64,000 nucleotides of DNA, taken from contig CAXXFF010000003.1 in assembly GCA_963676835.2 (NCBI GenBank), positions 448,001 through 512,000 of the forward strand, read 5' to 3'. The DNA is from Marispirochaeta sp. (lineage in GTDB: Bacteria; Spirochaetota; Spirochaetia; JC444; Marispirochaetaceae). Below are positions 29,955 to 39,924 of the stretch, in pieces. The notes beneath the pieces are model-generated. The model saw nothing but the letters and a program-made list of their open reading frames with translations, ran no database searches and was not told the origin of the DNA. Each line of letters opens with the position of its first letter. The first letter of the stretch is position 1. Position numbers and translations under genes: made by a program.

Positions 29955-30041
29955 CCGTACAGAATAAAATCTTTCAGCTCTAACTTTTTTCTCATACAAC
30001 CTGCATCGTTATAAGATAAAACTGCCTCAGAATAGCCGGAT

Positions 30042-30803
30042 ATGCAGAACCGGGAGGCAGGTATGCTATCTCCAATAACTACATGGCGCAGTATTGATGA
30101 AACATTCTGGAATCCCCATATCCGTCAGTTACTGCCGGTAAATGCAAGCTCGGTCCGCAGAGTTTTTCCGGATACCCCAGAATATTCAGAGGTGGTTAAC
30201 CTGCGCTTTCAGGGAATGAGTGAGAGTCGTTTCCTCGATCCAGCCAAAGATTCCCCTGAATGCATGGAGCTGGAGCGTGATTCCCAATCGATAATTCTGG
30301 CCCTGTACCGCAGAGGCAGAATACGGGGAACCATGACACTGAATACCCCTACTGTGGCATTCCGCGGTCCGGCGATAATGCTTGAAAAAGGTGTTCAGCT
30401 TGAGCATCCTCACTTTCTCAGCCCCCGACAGCTGGAATTCACCAAACTTGTTGTGGATCAGGGCTTAAGGGGAACCCGGGTGGCTCTTGAACTGCTTATG
30501 GCAAGCTGCATAATTGCCGCAGCCCTGGATAAGCGCTATTTCTGGCAGGTGGGGAGACAGGTAAACAGCGATACAAGCTGGCGGGAAAAACTTGGGTTCA
30601 ACTACAATGTTGAATGGGATTTCAATGATCCAAGCCTCAATGGAATGCCTTCAAAAATCGGTTATATGGATTTTTATACTGCACCGGATAATCCACATAT
30701 ACCCTGGTTTCTGCGGCGTATGTACCGGACAGTTCTATCACTGAATCTGTCTGAATATCCCCTGACCGGAGACACCTCCTGTGAGCCTGTACCGGTATCA
30801 TAA
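30042..30803 (+). CDS. GNAT-fold N-acyltransferase (FeeM/OlsB/LuxI-like superfamily)
   Basis: VVNLRF, RIRGTMTL, LEFTKLVVDQGLRGTRVALEL, WREKLGF resemble acyl-ACP-dependent GNATs. Start may be 30063. Confidence 0.6.
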   Translation: MQNREAGMLSPITTWRSIDETFWNPHIRQLLPVNASSVRRVFPDTPEYSEVVNLRFQGMSESRFLDPAKDSPECMELERDSQSIILALYRRGRIRGTMTLNTPTVAFRGPAIMLEKGVQLEHPHFLSPRQLEFTKLVVDQGLRGTRVALELLMASCIIAAALDKRYFWQVGRQVNSDTSWREKLGFNYNVEWDFNDPSLNGMPSKIGYMDFYTAPDNPHIPWFLRRMYRTVLSLNLSEYPLTGDTSCEPVPVS

Positions 30804-32016
30804 CAGAACATCCCCGTGGTTTTCCCGACTCTTTCGCCGCCCTCTGTGGCTCTGGCTGAAATACCGCTTCAATATTGAAGTAATCACGCCTCCGGAAATA
30901 GCAGAGCTTGAAGGTCCGTTTATTCTGGTTGCCAACCATGTAACCTTCTGGGATCCCTTTATTGCAGCCATTCCTTTGCGTAAAACCGTCCGCTTCATTG
31001 CTTCAGACAACCTGTTCCGGAAACCTCTGTTCCGATGGGTAATGAAACGGCTGGGTGCGATACCCAAAACCAAGTTTGTATCCAACCCGGAGATTGTCCG
31101 CAGAATAATGGAGGTAGTCCGCAGCGGAGGGATTCTGGGAATATTCCCGGAGGGTCGGCGTACCTGGGACGGCCGGACGGATGAAATTATGCCCGAAGTT
31201 CCCAGGCTGCTGGCCCGTCTCCGGCTCCCGGTGGTGGGAGTGAAAATCTCCGGGGGATATCTTTCAAATCCGGTCTGGAGCAGACACTCCCGGAGAGGGA
31301 AAATAACTGCGGAGTACAGCCTGGTAATTCCTGGTAATACGAATCAGGGAACTACTCCGATAGAAGTTTCAGCAAAATTGGGTGACTTTCTGCAATACAA
31401 CTGCGAGGATTGGCAGCAGATATTCAACACAGCATTTACAGGCAAAAAGCTTGCTGAATATCTTGAACGGGTTCTCTATATCTGTCCGGCCTGCACAACC
31501 ACGGGCAAACTTGTGAGCAGAAAAGAACAGCTTTATTGTTCAGACTGCGGCTACAGTGTACGCTACACCGAAGCCGGAACTTTTGAACAAAACACCGGCC
31601 CTCTGATTTTTTCCTCTCTGCAGGAATGGAATGACTGGCAGACAAATAAACTGAACTCCATGCTGACGGAAAAGACCGGCGCCGTTATTTCCGACGATAA
31701 AGCCTTTCTCTGGACGGGCTTTAAAAGTACACCCTTGAAAAAAGAAACCTCGGGTATTGTGGAACTGCATTCAGGAGAACTGTTGTTCCGGGGGAGTGAT
31801 GGTACTGTATACCGGTTTCTCTCAAGCGACCTTGAAGGTTTAAATATGCAGGGCGGCAACAATCTTGAATTTTACCACGCCAACAAGCTTTACAGAATCA
31901 ATTTTTCCGACCCCAGGGTTTCAAGTTACAAATACCTCCGGGGACTCCTACTCTTAAGAAAAGAACTTGAGTATATTATACCTAGGAACACCAACCGGCT
32001 GAGAACCGGAATGTGA
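30781..32016 (+). CDS. Lysophospholipid acyltransferase (PlsC/LPLAT family) with C-terminal Cys-rich extension
   Basis: NHVTFWD (HX4D) and FPEGRR motifs; CPAC...CSDC. Confidence 0.85.
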   Translation: MSLYRYHNRTSPWFSRLFRRPLWLWLKYRFNIEVITPPEIAELEGPFILVANHVTFWDPFIAAIPLRKTVRFIASDNLFRKPLFRWVMKRLGAIPKTKFVSNPEIVRRIMEVVRSGGILGIFPEGRRTWDGRTDEIMPEVPRLLARLRLPVVGVKISGGYLSNPVWSRHSRRGKITAEYSLVIPGNTNQGTTPIEVSAKLGDFLQYNCEDWQQIFNTAFTGKKLAEYLERVLYICPACTTTGKLVSRKEQLYCSDCGYSVRYTEAGTFEQNTGPLIFSSLQEWNDWQTNKLNSMLTEKTGAVISDDKAFLWTGFKSTPLKKETSGIVELHSGELLFRGSDGTVYRFLSSDLEGLNMQGGNNLEFYHANKLYRINFSDPRVSSYKYLRGLLLLRKELEYIIPRNTNRLRTGM

Positions 32017-32055
32017 TACACCCCTCTTGGGCCGATTCGGTGGAGGAGGCACAGT

Positions 32056-32871
32056 ATGGCAATTATCTGTATTTCCCGGGAACTTGCCGCCAACGGCGAG
32101 GAAACCGGCAGAGAACTTGCAAAACTGGCCGGATACCGTTTCATTGAAAGGGGATTCATCGACGCATGGCTTGCTGAACACGATATCGGACCGCAGGTTC
32201 TGAACAAGTATGATGAGAGGAAACCGGGCTTTTTTGCCGCCATGCCGGAACACCGGGATGAGTTTCTTCATTATCTGAGTATGGCAATTATCGAAGAGGC
32301 CGCGGACAACCACTGCGTCTTTGTTGGCCGGGGGGCTGGTGCTATTCTTTCAGGGATTCCCGGAGTTATCTCCGTTCTGCTGACAGCACCTGAAGAAACC
32401 CGCATCCAGCGTCTGATAAATGCCCACGGCATAGACTCTCATCTGGCAGAATCAAGAATTCATCGCAGCGACCGGGACCGCAAGGGTTTTTACCGCTATT
32501 TCTTCCACAGAAACTGGCAGAGCAGCCGCTGGTATGATCTTGTTATAAACACTCAAGTCCTGAGCCCGCTTCAGGCAGCCCGAATAGTGGATGGCTTCCG
32601 CCGGGAAATATCCACTCCCGAAAATGAGATGCACACCCTGGCTGCATTACAGCAGAAACTGCTTGAAAAAGAGGTTGTCCATGCTGTGCTGTATAAAGCA
32701 GGCATAGATATTCACAATCTGATTGTAGATATTGCAGGCCACACCGTTACCCTCAAAGGCTATACCGAAACGCTTCAGAGTGCAGAAAAAGCAGCATCCG
32801 CAGCCAGAGGTGTTGAAGGGGTTATTGCAGTCAATCAGGAAATCAGCATAGTTCCTAATGTTGTAGCTTAG
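32056..32871 (+). CDS. Cytidylate kinase-like protein with C-terminal BON domain
   Basis: IICISRE, VFVGRGA, SDRDR, YDLVINT; C-terminal VTLKG...ARGVEGVIAVNQEI. Confidence 0.8.
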   Translation: MAIICISRELAANGEETGRELAKLAGYRFIERGFIDAWLAEHDIGPQVLNKYDERKPGFFAAMPEHRDEFLHYLSMAIIEEAADNHCVFVGRGAGAILSGIPGVISVLLTAPEETRIQRLINAHGIDSHLAESRIHRSDRDRKGFYRYFFHRNWQSSRWYDLVINTQVLSPLQAARIVDGFRREISTPENEMHTLAALQQKLLEKEVVHAVLYKAGIDIHNLIVDIAGHTVTLKGYTETLQSAEKAASAARGVEGVIAVNQEISIVPNVVA

Positions 32872-32911
32872 TTGCTCCTCAGGCATGAGTTAGTTGCGGC
32901 GTAACAGACAG

Positions 32912-32944
32912 AAAAATACCCCCGGCAAAACCGGGGGCTTTTAT
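32912..32944. terminator. Bidirectional terminator
   Basis: CCCCCGG-caaaa-CCGGGGG flanked by A- and T-tracts, between convergent genes. Confidence 0.8.
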
Positions 32945-32968
32945 GCTTGTTTACAGCAGGGATTACAA

Positions 32969-34546
32969 TCAGTATTTGGCCAGTACCGGAAGAATCCGCT
33001 CTTTTCCGGCGGTAAGAATAAATGCCGCCAGCCGGGGGCCTTTATCCTTGCCGATTATTGCCTGGTAGACCAGGGTAAAAAAGTCGGAAGGTTCCATTCC
33101 GGCATCGGAGGCTATGGCATAAATTGCTTCAGCAAGGCTCTCCTCAGTCATTGAGTCAAGCTTTTCAACTGTAGAGGCAAGGGCCTGAAGGGAAGCCTTT
33201 TCTTTTTCCGAGACATCAATAGCCGGATCATCCGCTGTCTTGAGGGCAAAGCGGAAATCTTCCGGGGCATATCCGGTAATCCAGTTCCAGGCACATTCTG
33301 CCCGTGTTTTCAGCCGTTCAACCTGATAAGGCTCTACATCCGGCAGAGCGGCAATGGTGTGGTCTATGTCCCCATCATATGTCTGCAGCAGGTTGGTTAG
33401 ATGCCTTATGGGAATCTGATAGGGAATTTTCTCAGGGATATCATCGACCTGGGAGAATTCGTAGATTCTTGCCTGCTTTTCCCACTTTTTACGCTGCTTG
33501 TCGGTTTCCGGTTTGGTAAAGAAGGTGCGCTCGCATTTATCATAGTCTTCGTAGATCTTGAGTACATCCAGATCGAAGGAGATGGCAAACTCGGCGTTGG
33601 GCCGGGTTCCCGCAAAGAGAAAGCGGGTAACTTCGGGGGTGTATATTTCAAGAACATCGTAGAGGCTGACAACCTCACCGGAGGAGGATGAGATTTTCCC
33701 TCCCCTGCCCTTTATGCGGACAAAATCATACTGAAATGATACCGGTGCGGTACCGCCGTAGACAGCCTCAACCAGTTCCCGGGCGGTGTCGAAGCTGCCG
33801 CCTTCCGAGTGATGGTCTTTTCCGGCGGGTTCAAAATCAACCTGCTCCTTGTGCCAGCGCATGGGCCAGTCGATCCGCCAGGGAAGCTTTACCGTCTCTG
33901 CCTTTCGCAGATCCACGGACTCCTTGTTGCCGCAGGAGGAGCAGCTGTAGCTGACAGTCCAGTCACCATCCCAGGATTCAATGTCGGTGGTGTCCTTACC
34001 GCATTTGGTGCAGAATACGGAAACAGGCTTCCAGTCTGCCGCCAGAGGTGCGGTGCGGTGCTCGTTGAGAATGGAGCGGATAACACCCTCTTTTTCCAGG
34101 GCAGTGCGGATCTGTTCAGCATAGGCCGAAGCGCCGTACTCTTTTGCCTGATAGATATATTCGGGATTGATGCCAACGGCGGGAAGGATTTTCTCCACCG
34201 CTGTCTCGTTGGCCCGGGCGTAGCTCTCTTCCTTTCCATGGGGATCGGGAACTTCGGTTATGGATTTTCTCAAAAAAGTCTCAAGCTCGTCCGGATTGGG
34301 CATATTTTTCGGGACTTTACGGAATACATCGAAGTCGTCCCAGGAGTAGATAAAGCGGACATCCCTGCCGGCATCTTTCAATGCCCGGACAACCAGTTCG
34401 GTGGAGATGATTTCCCTGAAGTTTCCGATATGAACAGTTCCGGAGGGGGTAATTCCGGATGCGCAGGTATAACGGGCCTTGTCGCCTTTTTCGCGGATAA
34501 TTCTGTCCGCGTTAACGTCTGCCCAGTGTGATGTTTTCGGTGCCAT
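32969..34546 (-). CDS. lysS: Lysine--tRNA ligase, class I
   Basis: SGITPSGTVHIGNFRE (HIGH), KLPWRIDWPMRW, GKDH, KISSS (KMSKS-like), GPRL. Confidence 0.96.
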   Translation of the reverse strand: MAPKTSHWADVNADRIIREKGDKARYTCASGITPSGTVHIGNFREIISTELVVRALKDAGRDVRFIYSWDDFDVFRKVPKNMPNPDELETFLRKSITEVPDPHGKEESYARANETAVEKILPAVGINPEYIYQAKEYGASAYAEQIRTALEKEGVIRSILNEHRTAPLAADWKPVSVFCTKCGKDTTDIESWDGDWTVSYSCSSCGNKESVDLRKAETVKLPWRIDWPMRWHKEQVDFEPAGKDHHSEGGSFDTARELVEAVYGGTAPVSFQYDFVRIKGRGGKISSSSGEVVSLYDVLEIYTPEVTRFLFAGTRPNAEFAISFDLDVLKIYEDYDKCERTFFTKPETDKQRKKWEKQARIYEFSQVDDIPEKIPYQIPIRHLTNLLQTYDGDIDHTIAALPDVEPYQVERLKTRAECAWNWITGYAPEDFRFALKTADDPAIDVSEKEKASLQALASTVEKLDSMTEESLAEAIYAIASDAGMEPSDFFTLVYQAIIGKDKGPRLAAFILTAGKERILPVLAKY

Positions 34547-34598
34547 GGCGCCTACTATACCGCAGCAGGCGCCGAAACTTCAAGCGACAGCCTCAGGC

Positions 34599-35297
34599 TC
34601 AACGGGGGAAGCAGTTGATAACGTAGTCGTAGGTACCAGGGGGAAAATAATCTCCTCCAGAACTGTTTTGCGATGTAGCATAAATTACTGTTGTAACACC
34701 ATTACCATGCTCAAAGAACATATAAACCAGACCATAAAGATCAGGCCCGTTGGCAAAAATAAAAGTTCCCTCTCCATTAAAGACTTCCGCGGAACTGTTT
34801 GTACTGACAGTAACAACGGCCAGACTACCGTCGATGGTAGAAGTGGGTCCACCGTCACTGATCCCTTTAACTGCGGTATAAGGTAAATCATAAGTACTTG
34901 CAGTTGTTGAAGAATAGTATGTATTCATGGACACAGACCCGTGAAAAGTATCTACATATCCGGTTCCTGCATCGGCGTAAAGATTTCGTCCCGGAAAGAA
35001 AGTGTTCAGATAGTCCGTTACCCCGGTCCACTGCTCTCCCGAAACCAAAATTGCATCAAGCGCAGGGATCGATTTCCAGAAACTGGTTGTATTCAGGGTA
35101 AAGATAGGATCAGCATAGCTGAAAGTACCGTCAGATGTCACTTCTCCATCATACTCCTCCTGAAAAGTACCCACGGATAAATTTAAGGTAGTTTCTGCCA
35201 CAACCGGCATGAATGCCGGGGAATAAAACAGGTACTCGCAGGTACTCAGAAGCAGCACTGCCCCGCACAATAGAAGCAATCGTATTATTCTGTTCAT
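34599..35297 (-). CDS. Hypothetical exported protein/lipoprotein
   Basis: MNRIIRLLLLCGAVLLLSTC signal; 4-bp overlap with the upstream gene; Ser/Thr/Tyr-rich. Confidence 0.7.
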   Translation of the reverse strand: MNRIIRLLLLCGAVLLLSTCEYLFYSPAFMPVVAETTLNLSVGTFQEEYDGEVTSDGTFSYADPIFTLNTTSFWKSIPALDAILVSGEQWTGVTDYLNTFFPGRNLYADAGTGYVDTFHGSVSMNTYYSSTTASTYDLPYTAVKGISDGGPTSTIDGSLAVVTVSTNSSAEVFNGEGTFIFANGPDLYGLVYMFFEHGNGVTTVIYATSQNSSGGDYFPPGTYDYVINCFPR

Positions 35298-37129
35298 GGT
35301 TTAAACTTTCCTCCCATTCCAATCATGGGAAAGGATCCCACCGGTGAGTAATAGTATTCCGCTTCAAAAAAGAGGGTAAAATCCGGCAGTTTCCAGATAT
35401 TTTTCAGGGGAATCTCGAAACCCAACGCCGGGCCGGTGGCTCCTCCAATAAAGGCGTATTCCGTTTGCAATGCCAGATGCAGGATTGCAGCAAGATAAGG
35501 CTGGACGGGAATATCAAAGGATGCCGCCGGAAAAAAGAGGGCTTTGGTGTTTACACAGGGAAAGATATTCAGCGGATCAAAATAGTCCCCCGCTGCGCCG
35601 GCAAGGAGATCCAGGCTGAAATAATTTTTCAGAAGATCAATACCACCGCCTACCATGCCATAGGAACCACCCGCAAGCTGTACCGCAAGATAGGGCTTGG
35701 AAATCCAGGGGCGTCTGCTTTTTTCAATATCCGGCAGTCCGTTTTCCTTGATATGCTGCAGGGTTCTGCGGTTGTCTGACGCGGCTTTTACCGGCCCTGT
35801 ACCGATATCATAGGCGACGGTGGCCCAGAAGGGCAGCTGCCAGAGAATCATCCCGAGATCACTGTCCATCATCTCGAGTTCCGATGCCCCGAGAATGAGT
35901 CCGGCGGAAAGCATGGAGGCAAGGCTCAGAATTCCTGCGGTTTTCATATCTCCCGCAAGGACATAGCCGAAACGGGGCGAGGCCGCCAGCATCAGAGGCC
36001 AGCCTGGGGGGCCCTGGTCAAACTTGCCTTCCGCTCCGGGAAGCAAAATAAACATTACCTGGGTTGCGGTTATAAGAATATTGGTTGCCGCCCCCAGCCA
36101 GACCCGGTTCAGTGCCGGGCGGACATAGGGATTGGAAGGATCCACGGAAAGATCAAATTCCAGGCTTCCCCCTGCGAGGCTTGTTTCCGAGGAAAGAAAG
36201 TACTCCCGCTCCAGAAGCAGTGTTCCACCGGAAGCAAGAAACATGGGGTCTGCAACAAGGGGTGTGCGGCCAAGAAGTTGTCCATCAAGAAATACGGATG
36301 CATCCCGGGGAGATGTTTTTACTGTTTCGGAACCGGCCAGAGCAAGCGGGGCTTCTACTGCGGCATTCCAGTCGTCCCGGTTAAGATCGGGATCGACCGT
36401 AAATGGAATAGTATAGTCCTCACCTTCTTCGACATTCAGCAGATAGCTGACCAGATGATAGGGAGCATCCCCTTCAGTTTCCGGGGGGAGAAAAATCGAA
36501 ATGCGGCGTTCTCCGTAAAGAACTTCCCGTTTATCCACATTTTCGCCGACCCGGTTGCCGTCAATTTCTACAATATATGGTGATTCCGGAGTTTTATTTT
36601 CAAACACCAGCCTGCCGAATCCGATATGAATACCGGTAAAGTCTTCGGCAAACCTCAAGGTTGCAAGATCCATGGAGTCAAACAGATCAAATGCACTGAG
36701 AACTTCCATCTCAACCCCTAACTTTACTTCATCCGTTGCCATCTCCCACGAATAGGCGGTAATTCTGTATCCCCCCTCTTCTCGCGGTTCGATGGCACCG
36801 TACACTGCATAATCGGTGAAGTTCTGACGCAGATCATCAAAGACCTCCTCAGAATCAAGGGGTCCGGGAAACTCTCTGCGGCTTATCTGATACTTGTCCA
36901 GCAGCTGAAAGGTCAAGGTCAGGGTATCTGTAGCGGCCTGGGCAAGGCTGGCAATTCCAGGATCCCCGGATGGGACATTAAAGGGAAATATAGCTACCCG
37001 AGGTCTGTTTTCCTGACTGAACAGGGCAGCAGAACCACACAGGAGAGCCATCATCACAATAGTACGCAGAACTCTTTTATTGGTATTCACAACAATTCCT
37101 ACTGTAGTAGCTTTGTATCTGTTTCTCAA
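35294..37129 (-). CDS. Exported protein with TolB-N/CsgG-like and PEGA-like domains and a hydrophobic C-terminus
   Basis: Signal ...AALFS|QE; RVAIFPF; TSPRDASVFLDGQLLGRTPL PEGA motif; ends GMGGKFKP. True start probably GTG near 37090. Confidence 0.65.
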   Translation of the reverse strand: MRNRYKATTVGIVVNTNKRVLRTIVMMALLCGSAALFSQENRPRVAIFPFNVPSGDPGIASLAQAATDTLTLTFQLLDKYQISRREFPGPLDSEEVFDDLRQNFTDYAVYGAIEPREEGGYRITAYSWEMATDEVKLGVEMEVLSAFDLFDSMDLATLRFAEDFTGIHIGFGRLVFENKTPESPYIVEIDGNRVGENVDKREVLYGERRISIFLPPETEGDAPYHLVSYLLNVEEGEDYTIPFTVDPDLNRDDWNAAVEAPLALAGSETVKTSPRDASVFLDGQLLGRTPLVADPMFLASGGTLLLEREYFLSSETSLAGGSLEFDLSVDPSNPYVRPALNRVWLGAATNILITATQVMFILLPGAEGKFDQGPPGWPLMLAASPRFGYVLAGDMKTAGILSLASMLSAGLILGASELEMMDSDLGMILWQLPFWATVAYDIGTGPVKAASDNRRTLQHIKENGLPDIEKSRRPWISKPYLAVQLAGGSYGMVGGGIDLLKNYFSLDLLAGAAGDYFDPLNIFPCVNTKALFFPAASFDIPVQPYLAAILHLALQTEYAFIGGATGPALGFEIPLKNIWKLPDFTLFFEAEYYYSPVGSFPMIGMGGKFKP

Positions 37130-37176
37130 CTACTGATATTTGTGTATTTTAACTTTCGACAGGGGGCACCTAAAAG

Positions 37177-37854
37177 ATGAATATCCACTACCTTCAGCAT
37201 GTTTCCTTTGAGACACCCGCAAGAATAGCCCGATGGGCAGAGAGGACAGGACATACCCTAGAGGGAGTGCATCTGTATGCGGGAGATTCCATTCCCCGGA
37301 TAGAAGACGTTGAAGGCCTGATAGTTATGGGCGGCCCAATGAGTGTACATGATGAATCACTGTACCCCTGGATGAAGAAAGAGAAGCAGCTGATTAAGTC
37401 GATGATAGAGGCATCAAAACCGGTTTTCGGGGTATGCCTGGGAGCACAGCTGATTGCGGAAGTCCTGGACGCTTCAGTTGAACCCATGGGTTACAGGGAA
37501 ATCGGCTGGTGGCCTGTCAGAGACAACGAAGGAAATGATTTTACCGCTTTTCACTGGCATGGAGAACGATTTTCGCTCCCCCGAGGGGCAGAACATCTAT
37601 ACTTCAGCAAGGCATGGGAGGAACAGGGATTCCGATTCGGCAAAAAATGCATTGGTCTCCAGTTTCATCTCGAGATGGATAAAGCCGCAATAGACAGGCT
37701 GCTTGAAAACTGCAGGGATGAAATTACCGACAGCTTCAGTAACAACCACACCTGGGTTCACACAGAAAAAGAGATTCTTTTATTTGCGGAAAAGATGAAT
37801 TATGACAAACTGATGCAGATTCTTTCCGACTTGCTCAATCCGCTTTTCAGCTGA
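37177..37854 (+). CDS. Class I glutamine amidotransferase-like protein
   Basis: MGGPMSV, GVCLGAQL, HWHGE, QFHLE. Confidence 0.9.
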   Translation: MNIHYLQHVSFETPARIARWAERTGHTLEGVHLYAGDSIPRIEDVEGLIVMGGPMSVHDESLYPWMKKEKQLIKSMIEASKPVFGVCLGAQLIAEVLDASVEPMGYREIGWWPVRDNEGNDFTAFHWHGERFSLPRGAEHLYFSKAWEEQGFRFGKKCIGLQFHLEMDKAAIDRLLENCRDEITDSFSNNHTWVHTEKEILLFAEKMNYDKLMQILSDLLNPLFS

Positions 37855-37856
37855 TT

Positions 37857-38048
37857 TCAGGCAAACTCATCGATGGAATGGGAGTCATACTCCCGGCGGA
37901 GCTCCTCTTCTTTGCGCACCGCTTCGTCATCTTGCTGCCGGCGCCGTTCCTGCTCCAGCCGTTTTTCTTCGAGTTCCCGATCGATTCTCTCCTGGTTTCC
38001 TCTTTCGGGGGAAACAGGATTTACTGCAGATATGCTATCTACTGCCAT
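37857..38048 (-). CDS. Small charged hypothetical protein (63 aa)
   Basis: AGGGGG SD; fills the gap between genes; coiled-coil-like. Confidence 0.55.
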   Translation of the reverse strand: MAVDSISAVNPVSPERGNQERIDRELEEKRLEQERRRQQDDEAVRKEEELRREYDSHSIDEFA

Positions 38049-38101
38049 AGCAACCCCCTAAGCTTGGTTTTTTCTCAAACTCCTGTTAAAATTTACCTAC
38101 A

Positions 38102-38704
38102 ATGAAGAGTAAAGTCAAAACTACTGCATTCCTGCTCATGCTTTTTACCGGGGTCTTTTTTACAGAAATGGTCTCTGCAGAACCCCTCTATACCGCCCGG
38201 GGCATATCCTCCTGGTACGGACCCGGTTTTCATGGAAAACTGACTGCCAGCGGAGAACGGTTCGACAGCAATGATCTTACCGCCGCCCATAAAACCCTCC
38301 CCTTCGGCACAATGTTGAAGGTAACCAACCGGGATAACGGCAAATCTGTGGTTGTGCGGGTTAATGACCGGGGGCCCTTTGTACCGGGAAGAATTATTGA
38401 TGTTTCCAGAGGTGCAGCGGTAAAACTTGGAATGATCGAAACCGGGACAGCTCCGGTGCTCATAGAGGAGCTTCCCGGTCCGGCCCGGGAGCCGAAACTG
38501 TTCAGCGTACAGGCGGCTTCATATTCTGTCAGGGAAAACGCTGAAAGGCTGATCCGGGATCTTGCGGATTCGGGACTTACAGCTGAAATTGTCCGGGCAG
38601 GAGAGTATTACCGGGTAATATTTACAGACGTATCAGAAGAAGAGTTACCGGATGTTGTGGAAGGTCTGAAAAGGATGGGAATCAGGAACCCGCTGATCCG
38701 CTGA
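38102..38704 (+). CDS. rlpA: Septal ring lytic transglycosylase RlpA with SPOR domain
   Basis: SWYGPGFHG, TAAHKTLPFG, VNDRGPF, RIIDVS; C-terminal VQAASY...NAERL. Confidence 0.92.
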   Translation: MKSKVKTTAFLLMLFTGVFFTEMVSAEPLYTARGISSWYGPGFHGKLTASGERFDSNDLTAAHKTLPFGTMLKVTNRDNGKSVVVRVNDRGPFVPGRIIDVSRGAAVKLGMIETGTAPVLIEELPGPAREPKLFSVQAASYSVRENAERLIRDLADSGLTAEIVRAGEYYRVIFTDVSEEELPDVVEGLKRMGIRNPLIR

Positions 38705-39269
38705 CCGGCGTATACAGGGTTTCACCATGATAACGGTAGTAGAGATCTCCTGATGCCGGATAAAAATAGAGGGTCATTCCCTTTGTTCCTCCGGTTTTCT
38801 CGAGCTGAACAGAAATACCATTCTCTTTGAGCAGGTTTTTTCCCATTTCGAGGTTTTTCTTTCCCACCTGAAAATAGTCACTCCCGGTCATCCCCACTGC
38901 AGCACCGCCAAGAAGGTAAGCTTTCATCTCACCGGGAGCGGCACCCTTTCTGATAAGATTATGCAGCATGAATTCAAAAGCACAGTTAAGATAACGGAAG
39001 CGGTTGTCCTTTTCGTCCGTATCGGTGCAGGCATTTATATCTTCTTCATGGTGATGAGGCTCTTCCGCCAGCTGAGCATGACAGATAGCGCCTATTTTCC
39101 GGGAAGGAGAAAAGAGGATAACCGATACGCATGACCCCAGGAGCGTCCATATTCTTGGTGCCGGCCCTCTTGTATGCACGTAGAGTTCGCCGGGATAGAG
39201 CGAAACCTCATTCTTACTCTGGGGGAGTGTGTTAAATGGAATCGAGTCAGCTTTTACAGTCACAAACAT
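38682..39269 (-). CDS. cheD: Chemoreceptor glutamine deamidase CheD
   Basis: TLLGSCVSV, ICHAQL, GGA, VGKKN, TGG. Confidence 0.85.
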   Translation of the reverse strand: MFVTVKADSIPFNTLPQSKNEVSLYPGELYVHTRGPAPRIWTLLGSCVSVILFSPSRKIGAICHAQLAEEPHHHEEDINACTDTDEKDNRFRYLNCAFEFMLHNLIRKGAAPGEMKAYLLGGAAVGMTGSDYFQVGKKNLEMGKNLLKENGISVQLEKTGGTKGMTLYFYPASGDLYYRYHGETLYTPVSGSAGS

Positions 39270-39294
39270 ATGCTATTAAATATTTTGACCGGTA

Positions 39295-39885
39295 TCAATG
39301 AGAATCTTCTTTTATTGAAGCAATTCCGCCAATAAGCACACAACCGCCCTCTTGACGGTATTTGTCCAGAGTAAAGCCTGCAGTTTGTATATATTCTGCG
39401 GTGGGTCGGTTCAGATGACAGTTTCCCGCCATTTTTCTCCATACCGGTGTTACCGCATGCTGAACTTTTTTTGTAAGAGAGGAACAACCCAGTACATGTT
39501 CAAGAAAAATAATTCTTCCTCCGGGCCTTAAGACCCGCCGGACCTCCTGCAGGCCGCGGAGGGGATCCGGGACAGAACAGAACAGCAGGGTAAAGACCAC
39601 TGTATCAAAGGTATTATCTTCAAAGGGCAGATTTTCCACATCCGCAGCCATCAGGAAGGCACCGGCTTTCTCTCCCCTTTTTTTAAGCAGACTGCTGATT
39701 TCCAGATCGGACAGAGTAAGGGAAGCAAGTTGTGAAAAATCATACAAACCAAGATTCGCGCCGGTTCCTGCTCCCAGCTCCAGAACCTTTCCCCGGGCCT
39801 CGGGGATATGTGCCCTTCTGAGCTTGCGGATACCCATAGCCTCAAGGGGAACCATAAATGCATCGTATAAAGCGCTTCTGAACAA
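39295..39885 (-). CDS. Class I SAM-dependent methyltransferase
   Basis: VLELGAGTG, LPFEDNTFD, RVLRPGG, CHLNR. Confidence 0.9.
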   Translation of the reverse strand: MFRSALYDAFMVPLEAMGIRKLRRAHIPEARGKVLELGAGTGANLGLYDFSQLASLTLSDLEISSLLKKRGEKAGAFLMAADVENLPFEDNTFDTVVFTLLFCSVPDPLRGLQEVRRVLRPGGRIIFLEHVLGCSSLTKKVQHAVTPVWRKMAGNCHLNRPTAEYIQTAGFTLDKYRQEGGCVLIGGIASIKEDSH

Positions 39886-39924
39886 TCCCGTATTCTGCTC
39901 CTCTCCTGGTCTTTATACTGCCGC

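Noticed and set aside
29196..29999. 267-aa minus-strand ORF (similarly 9154-9939, 27350-27979, 33809-34531, 17206-17841)
   Set aside because: Antisense shadows of well-supported genes.
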